A program made the translations under genes and the position numbers. Under the pieces are notes generated by a model. That model was not told the origin of the DNA. It was given only the letters and a program-made list of their open reading frames with translations, and did not search any database. This document shows positions 46,296-61,232 of a stretch of DNA of 64,000 bases, in pieces. Each line of letters begins with the position of its first letter. Within the stretch, counting starts at the first letter, position 1. Origin of the DNA: Escherichia coli (GTDB taxonomy: Bacteria; Pseudomonadota; Gammaproteobacteria; Enterobacterales; Enterobacteriaceae); assembly GCF_024298765.1 (NCBI RefSeq), contig NZ_CP101210.1; one strand, given 5' to 3'.

Positions 46296-47444
46296 GTGTC
46301 TGACGAGAGCGACGACAAAACAGAAGCCCCCACACCTCACCGACTAGAAAAAGCGCGGGAAGAGGGGCAAATCCCGCGTTCCCGTGAACTGACTTCACTG
46401 CTGATTTTGCTGGTAGGCGTTAGTGTTATCTGGTTTGGCGGTGTGTCGCTGACCCGTCGATTGTCGGGCATGCTCTCCGCTGGGCTGCATTTTGATCACA
46501 GTATTATCAATGACCCGAATCTGATCCTCGGGCAAATTATTCTGCTGATCAGAGAAGCCATGCTGGCGCTGCTGCCGCTGATTAGCGGCGTGGTGCTGGT
46601 GGCGCTCATTTCTCCGGTCATGCTGGGAGGGCTGGTATTTAGCGGCAAATCCTTGCAGCCGAAGTTTTCCAAACTCAACCCGCTACCGGGCATTAAACGG
46701 ATGTTTTCGGCACAAACCGGTGCGGAGTTGCTTAAAGCGATTTTGAAATCCATCCTGGTCGGCAGTGTGACGGGGTTTTATCTCTGGCACCACTGGCCGC
46801 AAATGATGCGCTTAATGGCGGAGTCCCCCATTACCGCCATGGGTAATGCGATGGATCTGGTAGGGCTGTGCGCATTGCTGGTGGTGCTTGGTGTCATTCC
46901 GATGGTGGGATTTGACGTCTTTTTCCAAATCTTCAGCCACCTGAAAAAGCTGCGTATGTCACGGCAGGATATTCGTGATGAGTTCAAACAAAGCGAAGGC
47001 GACCCTCATGTCAAAGGGCGAATCCGTCAGATGCAGCGAGCTGCGGCGCGGCGGCGGATGATGGCCGATGTGCCGAAAGCGGACGTTATCGTCAATAACC
47101 CAACTCACTACTCAGTGGCTTTGCAGTATGACGAAAACAAAATGAGCGCACCGAAAGTGGTCGCTAAAGGTGCAGGGCTGGTCGCGCTGCGCATTCGTGA
47201 AATTGGCGCTGAAAATAACGTCCCGACGCTTGAAGCGCCGCCGCTGGCGCGTGCGCTGTATCGACATGCGGAGATCGGTCAACAAATCCCGGGTCAACTG
47301 TACGCCGCGGTGGCGGAAGTGCTGGCCTGGGTCTGGCAACTGAAACGCTGGCGTCTGGCTGGTGGACAGCGCCCTGTACAACCTACTCATCTTCCGGTGC
47401 CGGAAGCCCTGGATTTTATTAACGAGAAACCGACCCATGAGTAA
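46296..47444 (+). CDS. flhB: flagellar export apparatus protein FlhB
   Basis: 382-aa membrane protein preceding flhA. Confidence 0.95.
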   Translation: MSDESDDKTEAPTPHRLEKAREEGQIPRSRELTSLLILLVGVSVIWFGGVSLTRRLSGMLSAGLHFDHSIINDPNLILGQIILLIREAMLALLPLISGVVLVALISPVMLGGLVFSGKSLQPKFSKLNPLPGIKRMFSAQTGAELLKAILKSILVGSVTGFYLWHHWPQMMRLMAESPITAMGNAMDLVGLCALLVVLGVIPMVGFDVFFQIFSHLKKLRMSRQDIRDEFKQSEGDPHVKGRIRQMQRAAARRRMMADVPKADVIVNNPTHYSVALQYDENKMSAPKVVAKGAGLVALRIREIGAENNVPTLEAPPLARALYRHAEIGQQIPGQLYAAVAEVLAWVWQLKRWRLAGGQRPVQPTHLPVPEALDFINEKPTHE

Positions 47445-49515
47445 TCTGGCCGCGATGCTGCGCCTGCCCGCAAACCTGAAATCGACACACTGGCAGATCC
47501 TTGCCGGACCGATTTTGATCCTGTTGATCTTGTCGATGATGGTACTGCCACTGCCCGCATTCATACTCGACCTGCTGTTTACCTTCAATATTGCCTTGTC
47601 GATCATGGTGTTGCTGGTGGCGATGTTTACCCAACGCACGCTTGAGTTTGCTGCGTTTCCGACGATTCTGTTGTTTACCACGTTGTTGCGTCTGGCACTT
47701 AATGTGGCTTCAACCCGTATCATTTTGATGGAAGGGCATACCGGCGCGGCGGCGGCTGGAAAGGTGGTCGAAGCGTTCGGTCACTTCCTCGTTGGTGGCA
47801 ATTTCGCTATCGGTATCGTGGTGTTCGTCATTCTCGTGATCATCAACTTTATGGTCATTACCAAAGGTGCCGGGCGTATTGCGGAAGTAGGCGCGCGCTT
47901 TGTTCTCGATGGTATGCCGGGGAAGCAGATGGCGATTGACGCCGACCTTAACGCCGGATTGATTGGTGAAGATGAAGCGAAAAAACGCCGCTCCGAAGTG
48001 ACTCAGGAAGCCGATTTTTACGGCTCGATGGACGGGGCAAGTAAGTTTGTTCGCGGCGATGCCATCGCCGGGATCCTCATCATGGTCATAAACGTTGTCG
48101 GTGGGTTGCTGGTCGGCGTGCTGCAACATGGTATGAGCATGGGACACGCGGCGGAAAGTTATACGCTATTGACTATTGGCGACGGTCTGGTGGCACAAAT
48201 TCCGGCGTTGGTGATTTCTACCGCCGCGGGGGTCATCGTTACGCGTGTCAGCACCGATCAGGATGTTGGCGAGCAGATGGTGAATCAGCTTTTCAGTAAC
48301 CCAAGCGTTATGTTGTTAAGCGCCGCCGTGCTCGGTTTACTCGGCCTGGTGCCTGGAATGCCGAACCTGGTATTTTTGCTGTTCACTGCCGGATTGCTGG
48401 GACTGGCCTGGTGGATCCGCGGACGTGAACAAAAAGCGCCTGCCGAACCAAAACCGGTAAAAATGGCAGAGAATAATACCGTTGTCGAAGCGACGTGGAA
48501 CGATGTGCAACTGGAAGATTCTCTGGGAATGGAAGTGGGTTATCGCCTGATCCCGATGGTCGATTTCCAGCAGGATGGTGAGTTGCTGGGCCGTATACGC
48601 AGTATTCGCAAGAAATTTGCCCAGGAGATGGGGTTTCTGCCGCCGGTGGTGCACATTCGCGACAATATGGATCTGCAACCTGCCCGCTATCGCATTTTGA
48701 TGAAAGGCGTGGAGATAGGCAGTGGTGATGCTTATCCGGGGCGTTGGTTGGCGATTAACCCTGGTACCGCTGCCGGGACGTTACCTGGTGAGGCGACCGT
48801 CGATCCGGCATTTGGCCTGAATGCTATCTGGATTGAAAGTGCGCTTAAAGAACAGGCGCAGATTCAGGGGTACACCGTGGTTGAGGCCAGCACGGTGGTG
48901 GCAACCCATCTTAACCACCTCATTAGCCAGCATGCCGCAGAGCTGTTTGGTCGTCAGGAGGCACAACAGCTGCTGGATCGCGTCGCCCAGGAGATGCCAA
49001 AGCTGACGGAAGATCTCGTTCCTGGCGTCGTCACGCTTACCACACTGCATAAAGTGCTGCAAAATCTGCTCGATGAAAAAGTGCCGATTCGCGATATGCG
49101 CACCATTCTCGAAACGCTGGCGGAACATGCGCCCATCCAAAGCGATCCGCATGAATTAACCGCCGTCGTGCGCGTAGCGTTGGGACGGGCGATTACTCAG
49201 CAGTGGTTTCCTGGCAAAGATGAAGTCCATGTTATTGGCCTCGATACACCGCTGGAACGTTTGTTGCTACAGGCGTTGCAGGGCGGGGGGGGACTGGAGC
49301 CAGGGCTGGCGGATCGTTTACTGGCGCAAACTCAGGAAGCGCTATCCCGTCAGGAGATGTTGGGTGCGCCGCCGGTATTGTTGGTGAACCACGCGCTGCG
49401 ACCATTATTGTCTCGCTTCCTGCGCCGCAGCCTGCCGCAGTTAGTGGTGCTGTCGAATCTGGAACTATCTGATAACCGACATATCCGCATGACGGCGACA
49501 ATTGGTGGTAAATGA
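47437..49515 (+). CDS. flhA: flagellar export apparatus protein FlhA
   Basis: Starts MSNLAAMLRLPANLKSTHWQILAGPILILL; 692 aa. Confidence 0.95.
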   Translation: MSNLAAMLRLPANLKSTHWQILAGPILILLILSMMVLPLPAFILDLLFTFNIALSIMVLLVAMFTQRTLEFAAFPTILLFTTLLRLALNVASTRIILMEGHTGAAAAGKVVEAFGHFLVGGNFAIGIVVFVILVIINFMVITKGAGRIAEVGARFVLDGMPGKQMAIDADLNAGLIGEDEAKKRRSEVTQEADFYGSMDGASKFVRGDAIAGILIMVINVVGGLLVGVLQHGMSMGHAAESYTLLTIGDGLVAQIPALVISTAAGVIVTRVSTDQDVGEQMVNQLFSNPSVMLLSAAVLGLLGLVPGMPNLVFLLFTAGLLGLAWWIRGREQKAPAEPKPVKMAENNTVVEATWNDVQLEDSLGMEVGYRLIPMVDFQQDGELLGRIRSIRKKFAQEMGFLPPVVHIRDNMDLQPARYRILMKGVEIGSGDAYPGRWLAINPGTAAGTLPGEATVDPAFGLNAIWIESALKEQAQIQGYTVVEASTVVATHLNHLISQHAAELFGRQEAQQLLDRVAQEMPKLTEDLVPGVVTLTTLHKVLQNLLDEKVPIRDMRTILETLAEHAPIQSDPHELTAVVRVALGRAITQQWFPGKDEVHVIGLDTPLERLLLQALQGGGGLEPGLADRLLAQTQEALSRQEMLGAPPVLLVNHALRPLLSRFLRRSLPQLVVLSNLELSDNRHIRMTATIGGK

Positions 49516-49907
49516 TGAGAACTTTATTAGCAATATTATTGTTTCCGCTGCTGGTGCAAGCCGCCGGGGAGGGGATGTGGCAGGCGAGCAGTGTGGGCGT
49601 TACGCTGAATCACCGTGGTGAGTCGATGTCGTCAGCGCCTCTTTCTACTCGACAACCTGCTGCAGGATTGATGACGCTGGTGGCGTGGCGTTATCAGCTT
49701 ATCGGCCCGACACCTGCAGGACTGCGGGTTCGCTTGTGTTCACAATCTCGTTGTGTCGAATTAGAAGGGCAGAGTGGAACCACCGTGGCCTTTTCCGGTA
49801 TAGCGGCAGCAGAACCGTTGCGATTTATCTGGGAAGTGCCTGGCGGTGGGCGGTTAATTCCGCCGCTGAAAGTACAACGTAATGAAGTGATTGTGAATTA
49901 TCGTTAA
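49515..49907 (+). CDS. flhE: flagellar protein FlhE
   Basis: 130 aa with signal peptide MRTLLAILLFPLLVQA; start overlaps flhA stop. Confidence 0.85.
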   Translation: MRTLLAILLFPLLVQAAGEGMWQASSVGVTLNHRGESMSSAPLSTRQPAAGLMTLVAWRYQLIGPTPAGLRVRLCSQSRCVELEGQSGTTVAFSGIAAAEPLRFIWEVPGGGRLIPPLKVQRNEVIVNYR

Positions 49908-49911
49908 TGAT

Positions 49912-49945
49912 AAAAAAGCCGATGTCTGCCATGACATCGGCTTTT
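49912..49945. terminator. bidirectional rho-independent terminator between convergent flhE and argS
   Basis: AAAAAA-GCCGATGTC-loop-GACATCGGC-TTTT. Confidence 0.7.
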
Positions 49946-49959
49946 GCCGTATAACGCGA

Positions 49960-51693
49960 TTACATACGCTCTACTGTCTCAATACCCAGCGTATCCAGAC
50001 CCAGTTTCAGCGTCTTCGCCGTCAGTTGTGCCAGTTTCAGACGGCTGTTACGCACTTCTTCGTTTTCTGCGCTGAGGATCGGGCAGTGCTCGTAGAAACC
50101 AGAGAACAGACCGGCCAGATCGTACAGGTAAGCACACATCACATGCGGCGTGCCTTCACGGGCAACCACGGTGAGGGTTTCTTCAAACTGCAGCAGGCGA
50201 GCAGCCAGTTGCGCTTCACGATCTTCACGGATGATAACCGGAGCTGCAGCCAGTTGCTCTTCGTCAATTTCTGCTTTACGGAACACGGACAATACACGCG
50301 TGTAAGCATACTGCATGTATGGCGCGGTATTACCCTCAAACGCCAGCATGTTGTCCCAGTCGAAGATGTAGTCGGTAGTGCGGTTTTTGGAGAGATCCGC
50401 ATATTTCACCGCACCAATACCAACCGCGTTAGCCAGTTTTTCCAGCTCGTCAGCTGGCATGTCCGGGTTTTTCTCTGCCACCAGACGGCGTGCGCGTTCC
50501 AGTGCTTCATCCAGCAGATCGGCCAGTTTCACCGTACCGCCAGCACGGGTTTTGAACGGTTTGCCGTCTTTACCCAGCATCATGCCGAACATGTGGTGTT
50601 CCAGCGGTACGGATTCCGGTACATAGCCTGCTTTGCGGACGATAGCCCACGCCTGCATCAGGTGTTGATGCTGACGGGAGTCGATGTAATACAGCACGCG
50701 ATCGGCATGCAGTGTTTCATAACGATATTTCGCACAGGCGATATCAGTGGTGGTGTAGAGATAGCCACCATCTTTCTTCTGAATGATCACGCCCATCGGT
50801 TCGCCTTCCTTGTTTTTGAACTCATCAAGGAATACGACGGTCGCGCCTTCGCTTTCTACTGCCAGACCTTTGGCTTTCAGGTCCGCCACGATACCCGGCA
50901 GCATTGGGTTGTAGAGGCTTTCACCCATCACGTCATCACGGGTCAGCGTCACGTTGAGACGATCGTAGGTGATCTGGTTCTGCGTCATGGTGATGTCGAC
51001 CAGTTTGCGCCACATCTCGCGGAAATATTCGTCACCGCTTTGCAGTTTTACCACGTAGTTACGTGCACGCTCGGCAAACTCTTCATCTTCGTCGTAATGC
51101 TTTTTCGCATCGCGGTAGAAACCTTCAAGGTCAGCCAGCTCCATTTCACCAGCGTTTTCCTGCTGCTGCTTTTCCAGCCATGCAATCAGCATACCGAACT
51201 GAGTGCCCCAGTCGCCGACGTGGTTTGCGCGAATCACTTTGTGACCGAGGAACTCCAGAGTACGAACTGCTGCGTCACCAATAATGGTAGAGCGCAGGTG
51301 ACCAACGTGCATCTCTTTCGCCACGTTTGGCGCAGAGTAGTCAACCACAATGGTCTGTTTTTCTGGCGTAGCAACACCGAGACGATCGGACGCCAGCGCC
51401 TGCTGAACATGTTCAGCCAGGAATGCCGGATCAAGGAAAATGTTGATAAAGCCAGGACCCGCGATCTCAACTTTGCTGGCGATACCGTTAAGATCCAGAT
51501 GAGTCAGCACCTGCTCTGCTAATTGTCGCGGTGCCATACCCAGTTTTTTAGCAACTGCCATCATGCCGTTAGCCTGATAGTCGCCGAACTGAACTTTTGC
51601 TGACTGACGAACCTGCGGTTCGCAATCCGCAGGCGCGCCTGCCGCAATCATGGCCTGACGGACTTTTTCTGAGAGAAGAGCCTGAATATTCAC
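49960..51693 (-). CDS. argS: arginine--tRNA ligase
   Basis: 577 aa with class I HIGH-type motif (EMHVGHLRS) and KMSK-like region. Confidence 0.95.
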   Translation of the reverse strand: MNIQALLSEKVRQAMIAAGAPADCEPQVRQSAKVQFGDYQANGMMAVAKKLGMAPRQLAEQVLTHLDLNGIASKVEIAGPGFINIFLDPAFLAEHVQQALASDRLGVATPEKQTIVVDYSAPNVAKEMHVGHLRSTIIGDAAVRTLEFLGHKVIRANHVGDWGTQFGMLIAWLEKQQQENAGEMELADLEGFYRDAKKHYDEDEEFAERARNYVVKLQSGDEYFREMWRKLVDITMTQNQITYDRLNVTLTRDDVMGESLYNPMLPGIVADLKAKGLAVESEGATVVFLDEFKNKEGEPMGVIIQKKDGGYLYTTTDIACAKYRYETLHADRVLYYIDSRQHQHLMQAWAIVRKAGYVPESVPLEHHMFGMMLGKDGKPFKTRAGGTVKLADLLDEALERARRLVAEKNPDMPADELEKLANAVGIGAVKYADLSKNRTTDYIFDWDNMLAFEGNTAPYMQYAYTRVLSVFRKAEIDEEQLAAAPVIIREDREAQLAARLLQFEETLTVVAREGTPHVMCAYLYDLAGLFSGFYEHCPILSAENEEVRNSRLKLAQLTAKTLKLGLDTLGIETVERM

Positions 51694-51908
51694 CGGAATA
51701 CCTTACATTGATGAAGCGAGCAAAATTTGCCCGCACCAGTTAAAGAAATTAGGGCGGGAGTATACTGCAAATGGCTGTTTTCGTCAGCAACGTGCGCGTG
51801 GCGTATTGCCGTTTTCACTATTGCATCAGAAGCGGCGTGCAATCAGCGGTTGGTTGGCGCAGGGCAACAGGGTAAATTAACGCTTTTATTGAACGACGAA
51901 GAGTGATT

Positions 51909-52475
51909 ATGGCGAACTGGCAATCTATCAACGAGTTGCAGGATATTGCATCGGATTTACCGCGATTTACCCACGCATTAGATGAACTTTCCCGCCGTCT
52001 GGGGTTGGATATCACTCCGCTGACTGCCGATCACATTTCTTTGCGTTGCCATCAAAACGCCACTGCTGAGCGCTGGCGTCGCGGGTTTGAACAGTGCGGC
52101 GAGCTTTTGTCAGAAAATATGATCAATGGCAGGCCGATTTGTCTGTTTAAATTGCATGAACCGGTACAGGTTGCTCACTGGCAGTTTTCCATTGTGGAGC
52201 TACCGTGGCCCGGGGAAAAACGTTACCCGCACGAAGGTTGGGAACATATTGAAATCGTTCTGCCGGGCGATCCAGAAACGCTGAATGCCCGTGCGCTGGC
52301 ATTGCTTTCTGATGAAGGACTCAGCCTGCCGGGGATCTCAGTTAAAACCAGTTCGCCAAAAGGTGAGCATGAGCGATTACCGAATCCGACGCTGGCGGTC
52401 ACCGATGGCAAAACGACCATTAAATTTCATCCGTGGTCCATTGAAGAGATCGTTGCCAGCGAGCAGTCGGCGTAA
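51909..52475 (+). CDS. yecM: YecM (VOC-like metal-binding protein)
   Basis: Starts MANWQSINELQDIASDLPRFTHALDE, 188 aa. Confidence 0.8.
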   Translation: MANWQSINELQDIASDLPRFTHALDELSRRLGLDITPLTADHISLRCHQNATAERWRRGFEQCGELLSENMINGRPICLFKLHEPVQVAHWQFSIVELPWPGEKRYPHEGWEHIEIVLPGDPETLNARALALLSDEGLSLPGISVKTSSPKGEHERLPNPTLAVTDGKTTIKFHPWSIEEIVASEQSA

Positions 52476-52479
52476 TTAA

Positions 52480-53235
<756 letters not shown>

Positions 53236-53281
53236 TTTTTACCGTTGCATCATGTCGCCCAATATGATGCTTGCTCGTACC

Positions 53282-53315
53282 AGGCCCCTGCAATTTCAAC
53301 AGGGGCCTTTTTTTA
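53282..53315 (+). terminator. rho-independent terminator after cutC
   Basis: AGGCCCCTG-loop-AGGGGCCT hairpin followed by a T7 run. Confidence 0.75.
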
Positions 53316-53622
53316 TCCCTGAGCAGTATAAAAAACGAACGATTGCCGTGATCTGTTGAGCGGGTGACAGTGCGCATAGCGTTGTGCTAAAAATATTTTA
53401 TATATTCACATTCATTATGTGATTTAAATTGCCAAAACTGACAAATATATATTCTAAATAACAACTGGGTTATTCCTTAGCAATTAATGATTACATTGTA
53501 ATAAATCATATTCTTTATCGATTGTTTCAGGCAGTGTTGTGCCGAATTAAGCAAGCAGTCAATTCGTTGTGTATTTATTTATACAATGGTATCGGTGTCC
53601 TGGAATTTAATTAGAGGAATCT

Positions 53623-54723
53623 ATGCGAGGGAAAAAACGCATTGGGTTATTGTTTTTGCTGATAGCGGTTGTGGTTGGTGGCGGCGGGTTATTACTGGCG
53701 CAAAAAGCCTTACATAAAACGTCGGATACCGCATTTTGCCTTTCCTGCCACTCGATGAGTAAACCTTTTGAGGAATATCAGGGAACTGTCCACTTTTCAA
53801 ACCAGAAAGGGATACGTGCGGAATGTGCCGATTGCCATATTCCAAAGTCAGGGATGGATTATTTATTTGCTAAATTAAAAGCATCTAAAGATATTTATCA
53901 TGAATTTGTTAGCGGCAAAATAGACAGTGATGATAAGTTCGAAGCTCATCGCCAGGAAATGGCCGAAACAGTATGGAAAGAATTAAAAGCAACTGACTCT
54001 GCAACCTGCCGTAGTTGCCATTCTTTTGATGCCATGGATATTGCCTCGCAAAGTGAATCTGCGCAGAAAATGCATAATAAAGCGCAAAAGGACGGCGAAA
54101 CCTGTATCGATTGCCATAAAGGCATTGCCCATTTTCCGCCAGAAATAAAAATGGATGACAACGCGGCGCATGAGCTGGAAAGTCAGGCCGCTACTTCAGT
54201 TACTAATGGCGCACATATTTATCCTTTCAAAACTTCTCGCATAGGCGAACTGGCTACCGTGAATCCTGGTACCGATCTCACCGTCGTTGATGCCAGTGGC
54301 AAACAGCCGATCGTTCTGTTGCAGGGTTATCAAATGCAGGGCAGTGAAAACACGCTCTACCTGGCGGCAGGTCAACGGCTGGCGCTAGCCACATTAAGTG
54401 AAGAAGGTATCAAGGCGCTGACGGTAAACGGGGAATGGCAGGCTGACGAATACGGCAATCAATGGCGTCAGGCGTCTTTACAGGGTGTGCTTACCGATCC
54501 CGCATTAGCGGACCGTAAACCTCTATGGCAATACGCTGAAAAACTTGACGATACCTATTGCGCTGGTTGCCATGCCCCTATTGCCTCCGACCATTACACC
54601 GTCAATGCATGGCCGTCCATTGCCAAAGGAATGGGTGCGCGAACCAGCATGAGCGAAAACGAACTGGACATTTTGACGCGGTACTTCCAGTACAACGCCA
54701 AAGATATTACCGAGAAACAGTGA
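53623..54723 (+). CDS. torY: pentahaem c-type cytochrome TorY (NapC/NirT family)
   Basis: 366 aa with multiple CxxCH haem motifs (CLSCH, CADCH, CRSCH, CIDCH, CAGCH) and N-terminal TM. Confidence 0.9.
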   Translation: MRGKKRIGLLFLLIAVVVGGGGLLLAQKALHKTSDTAFCLSCHSMSKPFEEYQGTVHFSNQKGIRAECADCHIPKSGMDYLFAKLKASKDIYHEFVSGKIDSDDKFEAHRQEMAETVWKELKATDSATCRSCHSFDAMDIASQSESAQKMHNKAQKDGETCIDCHKGIAHFPPEIKMDDNAAHELESQAATSVTNGAHIYPFKTSRIGELATVNPGTDLTVVDASGKQPIVLLQGYQMQGSENTLYLAAGQRLALATLSEEGIKALTVNGEWQADEYGNQWRQASLQGVLTDPALADRKPLWQYAEKLDDTYCAGCHAPIASDHYTVNAWPSIAKGMGARTSMSENELDILTRYFQYNAKDITEKQ

Positions 54724-54747
54724 TCCTCGTTGATCAGGGAGGAAGTT

Positions 54748-57177
54748 ATGACATTAACAAGACGTGAATTTATTAAACATAGCGGTATTGCGGCAGGGGC
54801 GCTGGTGGTGACATCGGCTGCACCGTTACCTGCATGGGCAGAAGAGAAGGGCGGCAAAATTCTCACCGCGGGCCGTTGGGGAGCGATGAACGTAGAAGTG
54901 AAGGACGGCAAGATTGTTTCTTCGACAGGCGCGCTGGCGAAAACCATACCGAACTCCTTACAGTCTACGGCGGCGGATCAGGTACACACCACGGCGCGTA
55001 TTCAGCATCCGATGGTGAGAAAAAGCTATCTCGATAATCCACTGCAACCGGCGAAAGGTCGTGGCGAAGATACCTATGTACAGGTGAGCTGGGAACAAGC
55101 ATTAAAACTGATTCATGAGCAACACGATCGTATTCGTAAAGCTAACGGACCATCGGCCATTTTTGCCGGATCTTACGGCTGGCGTTCTTCTGGCGTGTTG
55201 CATAAAGCGCAAACCTTACTGCAACGTTATATGAACCTGGCGGGCGGTTATTCCGGGCATAGCGGCGATTATTCAACCGGAGCGGCACAGGTGATCATGC
55301 CGCATGTGGTCGGTTCTGTAGAGGTGTATGAACAGCAGACCTCCTGGCCGCTGATTCTGGAAAACAGCCAGGTTGTGGTGCTGTGGGGGATGAACCCGCT
55401 GAACACGCTCAAAATTGCCTGGAGCAGTACCGATGAGCAAGGGCTGGAATACTTCCATCAGCTGAAAAAATCTGGCAAACCAGTGATTGCCATTGATCCT
55501 ATCTGCTCCGAAACCATCGAATTCTTTGGCGATAATGCCACCTGGATCGCACCGAATATGGGCACCGACGTGGCACTGATGTTAGGGATTGCGCATACCC
55601 TGATGACACAAGGCAAACACGATAAAGTGTTCCTTGAAAAATACACTACCGGGTATCCGCAGTTTGAAGAGTATCTGACAGGTAAGAGCGATAATACGCC
55701 GAAGAGCGCGGCCTGGGCGGCGGAAATTACTGGCGTACCGGAAGCGCAGATTGTCAAACTTGCAGAACTGATGGCGGCGAATCGCACGATGCTGATGGCA
55801 GGCTGGGGGATCCAACGCCAGCAATACGGTGAACAGAAACACTGGATGCTGGTGACGCTGGCGGCGATGTTAGGGCAAATTGGTACACCGGGCGGCGGTT
55901 TTGGATTCTCTTATCATTACTCCAACGGTGGCAACCCGACGCGTGTTGGCGGCGTGCTGCCGGAAATGTCTGCGGCGATTGCCGGACAGGCCAGCGAGGC
56001 CGCTGATGATGGCGGAATGACGGCGATTCCTGTTGCCCGTATCGTCGATGCGCTGGAAAATCCTGGCGGCAAATATCAGCATAACGGTAAAGAACAAACG
56101 TATCCGAATATCAAAATGATCTGGTGGGCGGGTGGCGGTAACTTTACCCATCACCAGGATACTAATCGTCTGATTAAAGCATGGCAGAAACCGGAGATGA
56201 TCGTCGTTTCTGAATGCTACTGGACCGCAGCTGCTAAACATGCAGATATCGTATTACCGATCACCACATCGTTTGAGCGCAATGACCTGACGATGACCGG
56301 TGATTACAGCAACCAGCATATTGTGCCGATGAAGCAGGCTGTCGCTCCGCAATTTGAAGCGCGCAACGATTTTGACGTGTTTGCCGATCTTGCTGAATTA
56401 CTCAAACCTGGCGGAAAAGAGATCTATACCGAAGGTAAAGATGAAATGGCGTGGCTGAAATTTTTCTATGATGCCGCTCAGAAAGGTGCCCGTGCGCAAC
56501 GCGTGACTATGCCGATGTTTAATGCTTTCTGGCAGCAAAATAAACTGATCGAAATGCGCCGCAGTGAGAAGAACGAACAATACGTTCGTTATGGTGATTT
56601 CCGCGCCGATCCGGTGAAAAATGCGCTGGGTACGCCAAGCGGCAAAATTGAGATTTACTCCAAAACGCTGGAAAAATTTGGCTATAAGGATTGCCCGGCA
56701 CACCCAACCTGGCTTGCGCCTGATGAGTGGAAAGGTTCCGCCGACGAGAAGCAGTTGCAGCTTCTGACCGCACATCCGGCACACCGTTTACACAGTCAGC
56801 TTAACTATGCGGAACTGCGTAAAAAATATGCGGTTGCCGATCGTGAACCGATCACTATTCACACCGAAGATGCTGCTCGCTTTGGTATTGCGAATGGCGA
56901 TCTGGTGCGTGTCTGGAACAAACGTGGTCAGATTCTGACAGGCGCGGTGGTGACTGACGGGATCAAAAAAGGCGTGGTATGCGTGCATGAAGGTGCATGG
57001 CCAGATCTGGAAAATGGCTTGTGTAAAAACGGCAGTGCGAACGTGTTAACGGCGGATATCCCCAGCTCTCAGCTGGCAAATGCCTGTGCCGGTAACTCTG
57101 CGCTGGTGTATATCGAAAAATATACGGGCAATGCACCGAAGTTAACGGCGTTTGATCAGCCAGCTGTTCAGGCATAA
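54748..57177 (+). CDS. torZ: TMAO/N-oxide reductase catalytic subunit TorZ (molybdoenzyme)
   Basis: Starts [21 protein letters not shown] (twin-arginine signal), 809 aa; GGGAGG before ATG. Confidence 0.9.
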   Translation: MTLTRREFIKHSGIAAGALVVTSAAPLPAWAEEKGGKILTAGRWGAMNVEVKDGKIVSSTGALAKTIPNSLQSTAADQVHTTARIQHPMVRKSYLDNPLQPAKGRGEDTYVQVSWEQALKLIHEQHDRIRKANGPSAIFAGSYGWRSSGVLHKAQTLLQRYMNLAGGYSGHSGDYSTGAAQVIMPHVVGSVEVYEQQTSWPLILENSQVVVLWGMNPLNTLKIAWSSTDEQGLEYFHQLKKSGKPVIAIDPICSETIEFFGDNATWIAPNMGTDVALMLGIAHTLMTQGKHDKVFLEKYTTGYPQFEEYLTGKSDNTPKSAAWAAEITGVPEAQIVKLAELMAANRTMLMAGWGIQRQQYGEQKHWMLVTLAAMLGQIGTPGGGFGFSYHYSNGGNPTRVGGVLPEMSAAIAGQASEAADDGGMTAIPVARIVDALENPGGKYQHNGKEQTYPNIKMIWWAGGGNFTHHQDTNRLIKAWQKPEMIVVSECYWTAAAKHADIVLPITTSFERNDLTMTGDYSNQHIVPMKQAVAPQFEARNDFDVFADLAELLKPGGKEIYTEGKDEMAWLKFFYDAAQKGARAQRVTMPMFNAFWQQNKLIEMRRSEKNEQYVRYGDFRADPVKNALGTPSGKIEIYSKTLEKFGYKDCPAHPTWLAPDEWKGSADEKQLQLLTAHPAHRLHSQLNYAELRKKYAVADREPITIHTEDAARFGIANGDLVRVWNKRGQILTGAVVTDGIKKGVVCVHEGAWPDLENGLCKNGSANVLTADIPSSQLANACAGNSALVYIEKYTGNAPKLTAFDQPAVQA

Positions 57178-57228
57178 GACGTGAAAAGCGCCCGGAAACG
57201 GGCGCTGAGGTTATGCAAACGTAAAACT

Positions 57229-57327
57229 GCCTGATGCGCTATGCTTATAAGGCCTACATAGTCCCTGCAATATATTGAATTAGCAAGGTTTTGTAGGCCG
57301 GATAAGGCGTTCACGCCGCATCCGGCA
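57229..57327. repeat. REP/BIME palindromic elements downstream of torZ
   Basis: GCCTGATGCGCTATGCTTATAAGGCCTAC and GTAGGCCGGATAAGGCGTTCACGCCGCATCCGGCA match the canonical REP palindromic unit. Confidence 0.7.
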
Positions 57328-57341
57328 GTAATACCAGACCT

Positions 57342-59489
<2,148 letters not shown>

Positions 59490-59541
59490 ACAAACTCCCT
59501 TTAAAATGGCCGATGGCACCTGTCTATGATAGGTGGCAAAT

Positions 59542-60360
59542 TCAGAAAAGAGAAGATTGCTGTGGAATAGCCGGAACTGCTCCGATCTCTGGAAGCGTTT
59601 TACGTAAGTCTTCCCACAGGGTATGTACCAGTTCCGGGGCCTGGGCAATATCTGGCGTATGTAAAAAAAGATAAGGCGTAGTGGTCTGATGCCACTGTGC
59701 TAATTTTTGTAACCAGACCTGAAATAACTCCCGGTTTTGCGTCATATCATCACTACCGATAAAACGGATCAGTGGATTTTTCGCCGTCAGTACAGCATGT
59801 ACCGGAACTTTAGGTTTTTTTCGTTGAGCGTCGCGAATAGCTTCACTGTGTGGACGTGCTGCATGAACCGGGCGGCTGTCTAAAATCACCCGATTAACGC
59901 CGCGCTGATGTAAACCGCGATTAAGCGTTTGTTCCTCTTCCCCTTTGGCGAAAAACTGTGGATGGCGGACTTCCACCCCATAATTAAATTCACCGGGAAG
60001 AGAATCGAGAAAATGCCAAAGCGCAGGCAGCTCTCGTGGGCCGAATGTGGCAGGCAGTTGCAGCCAGTATTGTCCAATGCGCGGAGCCAACGGTGACATG
60101 CGGGTCAAAAATTCAGTCACTAAATCATCGCAATGCCGTAATGCTGCCTGATGCGAAATGGTCGCCGGAAACTTAAAACAGAAGCGGAAGTCATCTGTGG
60201 TCTGCTCACGCCAGCGCAGGACAACCTCGGGTTTCGGCAGGGCATAAAGCGTGGTGTTACCCTCCACGCAGTTAAAGTGGCGGGCATACTCTTCAAGGTT
60301 GGTGATCCCCAACCGCACCCATTTAGGATGCGACCATTGCGGCAGACCGATGTAAATCAT
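59542..60360 (-). CDS. yecE: YecE (DUF72 family protein)
   Basis: 272-aa ORF; overlaps yecD stop. Confidence 0.8.
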   Translation of the reverse strand: MIYIGLPQWSHPKWVRLGITNLEEYARHFNCVEGNTTLYALPKPEVVLRWREQTTDDFRFCFKFPATISHQAALRHCDDLVTEFLTRMSPLAPRIGQYWLQLPATFGPRELPALWHFLDSLPGEFNYGVEVRHPQFFAKGEEEQTLNRGLHQRGVNRVILDSRPVHAARPHSEAIRDAQRKKPKVPVHAVLTAKNPLIRFIGSDDMTQNRELFQVWLQKLAQWHQTTTPYLFLHTPDIAQAPELVHTLWEDLRKTLPEIGAVPAIPQQSSLF

Positions 60361-60923
60361 AACGCGTGGAGGATCTCTTCCACACTGCGCACACGGGCGA
60401 TGCGCGGGTAGATATGATTAATGCTGTTATTGTGCTGCTCGGCGCTGGCGGCGCTACAGGCATCTTCGGCAATCACCAGATTAAAACCGAGTTCCCAGGC
60501 ATTGCGGGCGGTGGATTCAACACCGATATTGGTCGAGATCCCACATAACACTATTGTATCGATACCCCGGCGGCGTAATTGCAACTCCAGATCCGTACCG
60601 TAAAACGCACCCCATTGACGTTTGATGATTTCGATATCGCTGTCGGTTGCACCTAATGCAGCAGGATGTTGCCACCAGTTTTCGGGCAACACTTTTGCGG
60701 GGGAGGGGGCATCAACCGGCTGTTTTAATGCTTCGGCGTAATCGGCAGACCAGCCAACGCGCACCAGAAACACGGGCTGACCGCTGGCGCGAAATTTCGC
60801 CGCCAGCTTCCCGGCGCGATTAACCACCTCATCGGCAGTATGTGGACCTCCGGCAAAAGGTAAGATGCCTTCTTGTAAATCAATCACCACCAGCGCGGTG
60901 GTTTTAGCATTAAGTTCAAGCAT
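60357..60923 (-). CDS. yecD: isochorismatase-family hydrolase YecD
   Basis: Starts [19 protein letters not shown], 188 aa. Confidence 0.85.
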   Translation of the reverse strand: MLELNAKTTALVVIDLQEGILPFAGGPHTADEVVNRAGKLAAKFRASGQPVFLVRVGWSADYAEALKQPVDAPSPAKVLPENWWQHPAALGATDSDIEIIKRQWGAFYGTDLELQLRRRGIDTIVLCGISTNIGVESTARNAWELGFNLVIAEDACSAASAEQHNNSINHIYPRIARVRSVEEILHAL

Positions 60924-61232
60924 GATGACTCCTGACAAAACAAAATCGTGCCTCTCACCTTAATGCGATTAGCCGATGGCGGAACGACAAATTTTGTTAA
61001 TTTTTATGAGTTCGGGCAACACCTTTATAGCAAACTGGCGTAGAGTCTGATTTCAGGCCCGATATAAAGTGGTAACGAGGCGTTCCAGCGCGGGCCAGGC
61101 TCTTACGGTGCGGCAGAATTTCCAGTATAATAGCCGCCTTTTTTCATTCAGTTGTGACATACAGCTAACGCTGCGACTTGGTCACCTGCGCAGCAGGGGG
61201 CATCCGCCGGCAGCTAAGTTAAGGGATATCTC

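Noticed and set aside
50026-51522. 498-aa plus-strand ORF
   Set aside because: Antisense to argS, which has clear class I aminoacyl-tRNA synthetase motifs.
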